From an uncultured Gemmatimonadales bacterium (GTDB lineage: Bacteria > Gemmatimonadota > Gemmatimonadetes > Longimicrobiales > Gaopeijiaceae), in contig CAWELD010000004.1 in the NCBI GenBank assembly GCA_963809895.1, forward strand, positions 96,001 through 160,000: DNA of 64,000 nucleotides. The letters are read 5' to 3'. Positions 56,616 to 64,000 of this stretch are shown in pieces. The notes below the pieces were generated by a model. That model saw only the letters and a list, made by a program, of their open reading frames with translations, made no database searches and was not told the origin of the DNA. The first letter of the stretch is position 1, and each line of letters begins with the position of its first letter. The position numbers were made by a program, and so were the translations under genes.

Positions 56616-57121
56616 TCGTCCTCCTCCGGCACAGTCGCCGCCTCCTCTCGCATGCGCCGCGCCGCGTTCTCCACCGCCCGGTAGATCTTGGTGTAGCCGG
56701 TGCACCGACACAGGTTGCCGGCGAGGGCGTCGCGGATCTCCTGCAACGTGGGCTCGCGGGTGCGCTCCAGGAGCGCCGCGGCCGAGCACAGGATCCCCGG
56801 GGTGCAGAACCCGCACTGCGCCGCGCCCTGCAGGTCGAACTCGTCCTGCAGCGGATGGGGCGTCACGCCGTCGGACAGCCCTTCGACGGTCACCACCTCG
56901 GCACCCTCGGCTTCCCACACCGGCAGAATGCATGACAGCGTCGGGCGGCCGTCGACGATCACGGTGCAGGCACCGCAATCCCCTTTGTCGCACCCCTGCT
57001 TGCTGCCGGTCAGACCCAGGACGTAGCGCAGCGTCTCCAGCAACGTGAAGTGCGCCGGCACCCCGACCTCGTGGAGGTCGCCGTTGATCCGGAGCCGGAC
57101 GATGTCGGTGGAAGCGGGCAC
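56612..57121 (-). CDS. hcrC: 2x[2Fe-2S] subunit (gamma) of the molybdoenzyme
   Basis: GCDKGDCGAC...SC and QCGFCTPG...NLCRCTGY. Confidence 0.85.
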   Translation of the reverse strand: MPASTDIVRLRINGDLHEVGVPAHFTLLETLRYVLGLTGSKQGCDKGDCGACTVIVDGRPTLSCILPVWEAEGAEVVTVEGLSDGVTPHPLQDEFDLQGAAQCGFCTPGILCSAAALLERTREPTLQEIRDALAGNLCRCTGYTKIYRAVENAARRMREEAATVPEEDE

Positions 57122-57281
57122 GAAACCAGAGGGGATCGAGGGTCCAGACGCTGTATCAAGGTCGAGGCTGGGCGCACCGGCGGCAAGCCGGCGCGACCGG
57201 GGAACCGCAGGTCATTGAAGTGTACTCAAGCAGCACGCTGACGTTCACTTCGCTCGACCCCACACCCCAGGAGTTGCAGGT

Positions 57282-57701
57282 ATGCCCTATCCCGAGATGC
57301 TCGTGGCCCCCATGCGCGAAGATCTGGTGCGCATCGGCTTCCGGGAGCTCCGCACCGCCGACGAGGTCGACGAGGCCATGGAGAGTCCGGAGGGCACCAC
57401 GCTGCTCGTGGTCAACTCGGTGTGCGGCTGCGCCGCGGGCGCCGCGCGCCCGGCGATCTACCTCTCCCTGCAGGGCGAAGCTCGCCCCGATCGGCTGACC
57501 ACGGTCTTCGCCGGCCAGGATCTGGAGGCGACGGAGCGAGCTCGCGAGTACATCGCCGGCTACCCGCCCTCGTCTCCGTCGGTGGCCCTCTTCAAGGACG
57601 GGCAGCTCGTATGGTTCCTGGAGCGACACCGCATCGAGGGCCGCACGCCGCATCAGATCGCCGAAGAGCTCCAGGGCGCCTACACGCAGCACTGCGGCTG
57701 A
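57282..57701 (+). CDS. BrxA/BrxB family bacilliredoxin
   Basis: NSVCGCAAGAARP, TVFAGQD, PPSSPSVALFKDG, RHRIEGR. Confidence 0.93.
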   Translation: MPYPEMLVAPMREDLVRIGFRELRTADEVDEAMESPEGTTLLVVNSVCGCAAGAARPAIYLSLQGEARPDRLTTVFAGQDLEATERAREYIAGYPPSSPSVALFKDGQLVWFLERHRIEGRTPHQIAEELQGAYTQHCG

Positions 57702-57722
57702 GCGCGGCGGGGGGACCCTCGC

Positions 57723-58469
57723 CTACTCGTCTTCGCCGCGCTTCAGGCGTCGCCGGCGTTCCCTGCGAAGCTCCCGACGGCGCCGCCGCGAGTCGCGCTT
57801 GGTCTCGCCGGGGTAGCGCACCGAGACCTCGCCACCGCCCATGACGGCCAGCCCGGTGATGCGCAGCACCGGCGCGTCGGGATCCTGGGTGGACGCGTGC
57901 TCGTGCCGGTACTCGAATCCCCCGAGAATCCCCACCGTGGAAACCTCCACGATGACGTCGGGGGGCACGATGATCTCGCCGCCGCCCCAGAACGCGAACA
58001 CCCGCACCTCGGTGACGCCCGGCGGCAGGGGGGTCTCGCGGAAGTCCAACTCGAACCCTCCGAGAACCCCCACGGCGTAGTTGTGACGCGCCGGACGCCA
58101 GGCTCCGCGGCGCGTGCCGCCGCCCAGGATCCCGACGATGAAGCTGGTGTCACGGACCTTGTCGGCATCCAGCAACGGGTGGGGAGCCCCCAATGCGCCT
58201 TCCACCCGACGGGTCTCGGCCGCGGCGCGCCTGCGATCCTCGGGAATGGCCGGCACCCCCCCATGGGCCCTGGGAAGATCGCCCAACAGCACCCGGAGCT
58301 CCTGAAGCGTCGCGGCGCGGTGCGCCAGCTCCACCCGGCGCTCGAACTCGTCGACCCCCAGCCGGTCGTCGGCGAACGCCTCGCACAGCGCGTCCACGGC
58401 CTTCTGCCGTTCGGAGTCCCCCACGGGTACGGGGGTGCCCGCCGAACCTTCGTCGCGATCCTCGCTCAT
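57723..58469 (-). CDS. DUF1707 (SHOCT-like) plus LiaF-related C-terminal domain protein
   Basis: VGDSERQKAVDALCEAFADDRL..DEFERR; GGFELDFRE, AFWGGGEIIVP. Confidence 0.85.
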   Translation of the reverse strand: MSEDRDEGSAGTPVPVGDSERQKAVDALCEAFADDRLGVDEFERRVELAHRAATLQELRVLLGDLPRAHGGVPAIPEDRRRAAAETRRVEGALGAPHPLLDADKVRDTSFIVGILGGGTRRGAWRPARHNYAVGVLGGFELDFRETPLPPGVTEVRVFAFWGGGEIIVPPDVIVEVSTVGILGGFEYRHEHASTQDPDAPVLRITGLAVMGGGEVSVRYPGETKRDSRRRRRELRRERRRRLKRGEDE

Positions 58470-60139
58470 CCCTCGTCGGCCTCCCTGCGATAGACCACCT
58501 CGCCTTCCACCAGCGTCATCTCTACGGTGAGGGCGGCGAGGTCCTTCGCTCCGCTCTCCAGGGGATTCCCGGAGAGGATTGCCACGTCGGCCCACGCGCC
58601 GGGTGCGAGCACGCCGGTCCGCCCCTCGAGAAAGCCGGCGTAGGCGCCGCCGCGCGTGTAGGCCGTGAGCGTCTCCCGGGCGGTGATCTTCTGTTCGGGC
58701 ACCCACCCGTCCGGGTGCGCGCCATCGAGTGTGCGGCGCGTGACCGCCGCGTCCAACCCCAGCAGCGGATCCAGGGGCGCTACCGTCCAGTCGCTGCCGA
58801 ACGCCAGCGTCGCACCGGCGTCCAGCAACGACCGGAAGGCGTAGGTGGAGCGGATGCGCTCGGGACCGATGCGCTTCTCGGCCCATCGCCCGTCGTCAGC
58901 CGCGTGGTACGGCTGCATGGAGGCGATGACACCCTGCTCGGCGAAGCGCCCGATGGCGTCGGGCCGGAGGTGCTGCGCGTGCTCGATGCGGAAGCGCCGG
59001 TCGCGGGGTCCGTGCTCGGCGGCAACGTCGCGGTAGACGTCAAGGAGCCAGTCGTTGGCGCGATCGCCGATGGCGTGGACGATGACGTGCAGTCCCGCGG
59101 CATCGCTGTCGCCGATCCACTGGCGGAGCTGCGCCGTGTCGGTGGTCATGAGACCGGTCGTGGACGGCTCGTCGGTGTACGGCTCGTAGAACCAGGCCGT
59201 GGTGGAGCCCAGTGACCCGTCCACGAAGCCCTTCACGCCGCCCCAGTGCAGGCGGTCGTCGCCGCGACCGTTGTCGGCGACGAAATCACGCAGGCGCGCC
59301 CAGGTCGCGATGGGCACCACGCTGTACACGCGCAGGGGCAGCCGTCCCGCGTCGTGGGCGCGGCGGTACGTCTCCAGGTGGGCCCAGGTACCCATGTCGT
59401 GCACCTGTGTCACCCCCAACGAGAGCGCGTGCCGCGCCGCGGCGTCCAGCGCCCGGTCCAGCTCGGCCTCCGAGGACGGGGGGATCACCCGATCCACCAG
59501 GCTCATGGCCTCGTCCTTGAGCACGCCCGTGGGCTCCCCCGTGGTCTCGTCCCGGACGATGGTGCCTCCAGGGGGATCCTGGGTCTCGGCGATGACGCCC
59601 GCCGCCACGAGCGCCCGGGTGTTCACGAGCACCATGTGACCGTCGAGCCGGTTCACGTACACCGGGTTGTCCGGCGTCAGCGAGTCGATCCACTCCCGGC
59701 GGGGAAGCTCACCTCCCCAGCGCTCGTGGTCCCAGTCGCCGCCGGTGATCCATTCGCCGGCATCCAGCGTGGCGGCGAAGGCGGCGATGCGCCGTGCGAA
59801 CTCCTCCGGCGTAGCGGCGTCACGCAGATCCACCGACGAGAGCTGGAATCCCCCGGAGATGAAGTGCGTATGGGCGTCGATGAAGCCCGGAACCGCCGTG
59901 CGTCCGGCGAGCTCCACGACCCGGGTGTCGGGCCCGGTCACGGCCTCCATGGAGGCATCGTCACCGACCCGCAGCACGCGTCCGTCCTTCACCGCCAGCG
60001 CGGACGCCACCGTGCCACCGTCGTCGGCCGTCCACACCGTCCCGCCCCGCAAGACCAGATCCGCCATGTCGCCCTCCGGTGAGGCGCACGAACCCACGGC
60101 CAGGACGGCGAAGAGCGCACACCAGGAATGACCGCGCAT
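58466..60139 (-). CDS. Amidohydrolase family 3 (YtcJ-like) lipoprotein
   Basis: Lipobox-like VGSC; PGFIDAHTH, DGSLGS, HAIGDRA, RIEHAQ, SMQPYH, GSDW. Confidence 0.93.
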   Translation of the reverse strand: MRGHSWCALFAVLAVGSCASPEGDMADLVLRGGTVWTADDGGTVASALAVKDGRVLRVGDDASMEAVTGPDTRVVELAGRTAVPGFIDAHTHFISGGFQLSSVDLRDAATPEEFARRIAAFAATLDAGEWITGGDWDHERWGGELPRREWIDSLTPDNPVYVNRLDGHMVLVNTRALVAAGVIAETQDPPGGTIVRDETTGEPTGVLKDEAMSLVDRVIPPSSEAELDRALDAAARHALSLGVTQVHDMGTWAHLETYRRAHDAGRLPLRVYSVVPIATWARLRDFVADNGRGDDRLHWGGVKGFVDGSLGSTTAWFYEPYTDEPSTTGLMTTDTAQLRQWIGDSDAAGLHVIVHAIGDRANDWLLDVYRDVAAEHGPRDRRFRIEHAQHLRPDAIGRFAEQGVIASMQPYHAADDGRWAEKRIGPERIRSTYAFRSLLDAGATLAFGSDWTVAPLDPLLGLDAAVTRRTLDGAHPDGWVPEQKITARETLTAYTRGGAYAGFLEGRTGVLAPGAWADVAILSGNPLESGAKDLAALTVEMTLVEGEVVYRREADEG

Positions 60140-60245
60140 GGTTCGTCCCCCCGACCGGGGTGAGAGAGGGTGGCCGGGAGGATAACCGGCCCGGTGCGGG
60201 GCGATCAAGCAAGTCGCCGGGCGCCCGCTCGCACCGACACGCCCG

Positions 60246-61463
60246 TCAGCCGGCGCCGGGACCTCCGTTCAGGAACCAGCGGCCGAAGTCGGCCAACACG
60301 GCCGCGCAGGCCGGGATCTGATCGACCGCGACCCATTCGTCCGCCGCGTGGGCCTGGGCGATGGAGCCGGGCCCGAAGCACACGGCGGGAATTCCGGCTT
60401 CGTTGAGAAAGGCGGCGTCCACCCAGGCGGTCATGCCCGCCAACGCACCCGAGACGCCCTGCCCCCGCCCCGCCGCGCGCAGGCCCTCCACCAGGGGGTG
60501 GTCCGCGGGCACCTCGGTGCCGGGTCGGGCGAGGCCCTGGCGCAGCGTGGCGTCGAATCCGGGCACGACGGCCCGGACGCGCTCCAGCACGGCATGTTGC
60601 TCCGCCATGACCTGCGCCGGGCTCTCGCCGGGAAGCGTGCGGCGTTCGAGGACCAGCGAGCACGAGGCGGGATAGACCGAGGCCGCGCTCCCCCCGGCGA
60701 TGGTCCCCGCATGCACGGTGCCATGGCCCAGAAGGGGATGCCTCGGGCCCTCGGCGAGGCGCCGGTCCAGCTCGTCCAGCTCGACGAGGTAGCGGGCCGC
60801 GTGGCGGATGGCGTCGACCCCTTCCTCGGGCCGAGACCCGTGGGCTGCCCGGCCATGCACGTCGACCTCGATCCAGACGAAGCCCTTGTGGGCCGGCATG
60901 ATCGCCAGGTCGGTGGGCTCGCACACCACTGCGGCATCGGCCCGGATCCCCCCCTCCACCAGCGCGGCCATCCCCGCCGAAGCATGCTCTTCGTCGCACG
61001 TGAGCGCGACCACCAGCTCACCGGCGTGTCCCTCCGCCGCCAACGCCTTCGCCGCGGACAGCAAGGCCGCCACGCCCGCCTTCATGTCGCATGCGCCCCG
61101 TCCGACGACACGACCCTCGGCCAGACGACCTTCGAAGGGAGGCACCGTCATGCCGTCCACGCCCACGGTGTCCATATGCCCGTTGAGCAGCAGGACGGGC
61201 CCGGAGATCCCGCCCTCGTGGCGGGCGACCACGTTCGGGCGTCCCGGCAGGGGCTCCGGCATGTCCACCTGGAACCCCCATTCCGCGAGCCATCGGGCAG
61301 ATTGCGCCGCCACGGCGCCCTCGCCGGCGCCGCCGGCCTCCAGCGCGGGATTGACCGACGGAAGGGACACGAGAGCCTGGGTGAGCGCCACGGGATCGCC
61401 CCTGGCCGCCCGCTCCCGAACCTCCAGATCACTCCCCCGGCTGACGGCCCCGGACCCGTTCAT
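60246..61463 (-). CDS. M20 metallopeptidase (ArgE/DapE family deacylase)
   Basis: NGHMDTV, GRGACDMK, DEE, CEPT, GRAAHGS, FGPG..AHAADE. Confidence 0.92.
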   Translation of the reverse strand: MNGSGAVSRGSDLEVRERAARGDPVALTQALVSLPSVNPALEAGGAGEGAVAAQSARWLAEWGFQVDMPEPLPGRPNVVARHEGGISGPVLLLNGHMDTVGVDGMTVPPFEGRLAEGRVVGRGACDMKAGVAALLSAAKALAAEGHAGELVVALTCDEEHASAGMAALVEGGIRADAAVVCEPTDLAIMPAHKGFVWIEVDVHGRAAHGSRPEEGVDAIRHAARYLVELDELDRRLAEGPRHPLLGHGTVHAGTIAGGSAASVYPASCSLVLERRTLPGESPAQVMAEQHAVLERVRAVVPGFDATLRQGLARPGTEVPADHPLVEGLRAAGRGQGVSGALAGMTAWVDAAFLNEAGIPAVCFGPGSIAQAHAADEWVAVDQIPACAAVLADFGRWFLNGGPGAG

Positions 61464-61610
61464 CGTCGCTCCTCGCCTCGGATTTCCCAGGAATCCGCCG
61501 CACCCACCCTCGGACTTTCGAGGTGCGCGCCGCCGACCCGCACGTCACGATGCCCCGTAGACGCCCCGAAACACCGGGCTTTCATCGCCTCAGGTGGCGG
61601 ATCCCGCCAA

Positions 61611-61626
61611 GGGCACGATTCCTGCA
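61611..61626 (+). promoter_or_regulatory. Sigma-54 (-24/-12) promoter
   Basis: GGGCACGATTCCTGCA: GG-N10-GC, close to TGGCACG-N4-TTGCW; 46 nt upstream of a small ORF. Confidence 0.6.
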
Positions 61627-61672
61627 GCAACCGCCGTTTTGAACGACCTCGATCCTCCCGACCGGAGCCGCC

Positions 61673-61843
61673 GTGCGCACCTTGACTGTCAGCCTTCTCG
61701 GAGCCGCCGCCGTCGCCGCCAGCCTCGTGCTCCTGCGCCAGCAGAAGCAGCCCGAGGCTCCGCGACAGCCCCGTGTTACACCCGCGGGTGAGACGATCCC
61801 AGGCACGATCTCGCTGGAGCGCCTCCGCGAGCTGGGCTACTGA
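61673..61843 (+). CDS. 56-aa membrane-anchored small protein (absent from ORF track)
   Basis: GGAG SD, GTG start; MRTLTVSLLGAAAVAASLVLLRQQKQPEAPRQPRVTPAGETIPGTISLERLRELGY. Confidence 0.7.
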   Translation: MRTLTVSLLGAAAVAASLVLLRQQKQPEAPRQPRVTPAGETIPGTISLERLRELGY

Positions 61844-61874
61844 CTCCCGGCGGAAGCTTCCACGGCGTCGTCCC

Positions 61875-62440
61875 TCAGGACGAGTGATCGTGGATGATCC
61901 GCCACACCTCGCCCTCGCGATGCAACACGAGGGTGAAGTACCCTTGGCCTGAAATCTCGTCGCCGGCGTCGCTCGGCTGATAGAGGACCCAGTGGCCACG
62001 GGCCAGGGCGTGTTGGGCCCCCAGCGGCCGCACCACGAACTCGTCGAAGCGGAGTGAGTCCCTGACCGCGCCCGGTTGCCAGTAGGTCGTCCGGTAGCGC
62101 TCCCGCACGGCCTCCTTTCCCAGATTGACACCGTTGCTGCCGACGAACGCCAGCGAAGGATCGTCGGTGTAGTCGTCGAGGAAGCCCTCCAGATCGCCGG
62201 CGTTCCACGACGCGGCCGACGCCTGCAGCATGGACGTGACCTCGTCGGCCACCTGCGCGGAGTCCGCCGGCATCGCCTGTGACTCCCCGGCCTCGCTCGG
62301 CGCCGCCCGGTCGGCCGGCGCGCCGCAGGCCGTGGCCGCGACGATCGCCAATCCCGCGACCAGTCCCCGGATACACCGAGGGCGGCGGGATCCGGAAGAT
62401 CCGGACCCCCGCCGCCCCAGGCGCCGGAAGTCGTGACGGT

Positions 62441-62444
<4 letters not shown>
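61875..62444 (-). CDS. NTF2-like (DUF4440/SnoaL) lipoprotein; start uncertain, CTG proposed
   Basis: Lipobox [33 protein letters not shown]. Confidence 0.82.
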
Positions 62445-62674
<230 letters not shown>

Positions 62675-62825
62675 GGGGCTCTCCTGCGCTCACTTCCTCT
62701 GAGGAACGGCTCCCCCGCCGAGAGGCTCGGCGGCTGGACTCCCAATGATGTCCGAAGGCCCCAGGGGCCGCAAGACCGCCAGGGCCCGGCCCAGGTCGCC
62801 TCCACCGCCGGAGCCCGGGACCGGC

Positions 62826-63443
62826 CTACCGCTCCCGCTCCAGACGCCGGCGGGTGCCGCGTGACCAGCGGCGATACCGGTGGGCCAGCTTGGGGTGCGA
62901 GCGCTCCGCCAGGGGTCCGTACACCCGAGCCACCTCGTCGAGGAATGCCGCGTCCTTCTTGCCTTCCCGCCACATGTGCGAGTGTCGCGCCTGATCCAGA
63001 CGTTCGGCCACGGCCAGCCGCACGAGGGGCTCGCCGGCGACCACGAGACGCTCCACCAGCTCCGGATCGTGTGGGTCGGGCACCGCATCCCGGAGCGCCA
63101 CCGCGTCCCGGAGCCACGCACCCAGGCGCTCGCTGACGTCCATGGCGAGGAGCTCCGCTGTCGCCACGCGCAGGTCGGGACGCTCACTCTCCGCCAGGAG
63201 CGCGGCGGCGAGCACCACCGGATCCGACTCCTCGGTGTCCAGCATGAGGATCAACGCCGTCCGGCCCGGATGCAGGTAGTGGGGATCGTGATCGTCGTCC
63301 AGGCGGGCTTCGCGCGGGACCCGGGCTCGGTCGTGGGCCACCCGCAGCAGCTCCAGGTCCTCGCCCGCCAGGCCCAGGCGGGCGGCGGTGCGCACCACGC
63401 GGCGCCCCATGGCCACGCCCCGGGCCACGTCGTCGATACTCAC
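62826..63443 (-). CDS. Stand-alone RelA/SpoT hydrolase-like protein with degenerate HD motif
   Basis: YLHPGRTALIL, LAAALLAESE (HD->AE), AERLDQAR, VYGPLAER parallel RSH hydrolase motifs; GTGA overlap. Confidence 0.6.
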   Translation of the reverse strand: MSIDDVARGVAMGRRVVRTAARLGLAGEDLELLRVAHDRARVPREARLDDDHDPHYLHPGRTALILMLDTEESDPVVLAAALLAESERPDLRVATAELLAMDVSERLGAWLRDAVALRDAVPDPHDPELVERLVVAGEPLVRLAVAERLDQARHSHMWREGKKDAAFLDEVARVYGPLAERSHPKLAHRYRRWSRGTRRRLERER

Positions 63444-64000
63444 CGTGATGCACCCGGCGACACCGAAGCCAGGTGCGCGCGCAGGTGGTCCAGGGTGGCG
63501 TCGCGGGCGGCTCGTACACGGAAGCCGGCACCTTCGTCCTGCGCCCAGCCCAGGTCGTGCCCCACCCCGGGCAGCATCAGCAGCCGGCCGTCCTGTGACA
63601 CCTCGGCCAGGCCGCGGGCTTCTTCCGGGTCCACCGCCAGGTCGCCGGCGCCGTGCACAAGGAGCCAGGGCGCCTCCAGGCCTCGGGCCGCGGCCAGGGG
63701 ATCCAGGCGCTGCGCGTGGGCCTCGAGATCTTCCATGAGCGCGGGACCCAGGGCGAGTTGACGGCCCGAGCCGGGCTCCGGGACGTACACGACGCCTCCG
63801 GAGCGCCACGTCTCGCGGGTCGCGGTGGCCCAGCGATCCAGGCGGGCCGGGGCCGCCCAGGTCACCAGGGCGTCGATGTCGCCGGCGGTGGCGGCGTGCA
63901 GAAGCGCATGGGCGGCTCCCCGGCCGTGCCCGATCAGCGCCAGCCCGCGAGGCCGGCGCGGCAGCAGGTCGCCGGCGCGCACCTCCTCGACGACCACGCG
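63440..64000 (-). CDS. Alpha/beta hydrolase fold protein, C-terminal part (5' truncated); nucleophile elbow GHGRG
   Basis: LIGHGRGA, LVTWAA, PWLLVHGAGD, GVGHD. Confidence 0.8.
   Translation of the reverse strand, partial: RVVVEEVRAGDLLPRRPRGLALIGHGRGAAHALLHAATAGDIDALVTWAAPARLDRWATATRETWRSGGVVYVPEPGSGRQLALGPALMEDLEAHAQRLDPLAAARGLEAPWLLVHGAGDLAVDPEEARGLAEVSQDGRLLMLPGVGHDLGWAQDEGAGFRVRAARDATLDHLRAHLASVSPGASR

Noticed and set aside
61582..61806. Cys-rich 74-aa minus-strand ORF as a RiPP precursor
   Set aside because: It is antisense to the better-supported 56-aa ORF with SD and promoter; no maturation enzymes nearby.

Overview
Very GC-rich, gene-dense bacterial chromosome segment with about 57 CDS. 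The gene repertoire (PadR-ADOP permease pair, Ig-repeat M8 protease lipoprotein, Chlamydia/plastid-type FabI, Brx bacilliredoxin) suggests Gemmatimonadota; this is an inference. I saw no rRNA, tRNA, CRISPR array, integrase or transposase. Main blocks: dps (partial), SSS symporter with divergent GH2 beta-galactosidase, PadR-ADOP, fabI cluster, methionine gamma-lyase-tryptophanase, ligA-polX, ECF sigma/anti-sigma/YbjQ, LytS/LytTR, sufC-sufB-sufD-Rieske-sufS-sufU-ogt, fadI, DASS-GDH-M8 protease, and a 4-hydroxybenzoyl-CoA-reductase-like hcrC-hcrA-hcrB operon. Most notable: (1) a DUF1460/NlpC-P60-type peptidoglycan amidase gene embedded between hcrA and hcrB; (2) a 56-aa membrane-anchored microprotein ending in LRELGY, missed by the ORF track, behind a near-consensus sigma-54 promoter; (3) a coupled pair of apparent pseudoenzymes (alpha/beta hydrolase with nucleophile Ser->Gly and a stand-alone RelA/SpoT hydrolase-like domain with HD->AE); (4) a decayed alkaline-phosphatase/NPP domain fused to GH2; (5) two probable CTG starts in CTGA overlaps; (6) readable operators (PadR palindromes, Fur box). 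Three genes carry single frameshifts, which may be assembly errors. All calls come from motif recognition by eye; no searches were run.
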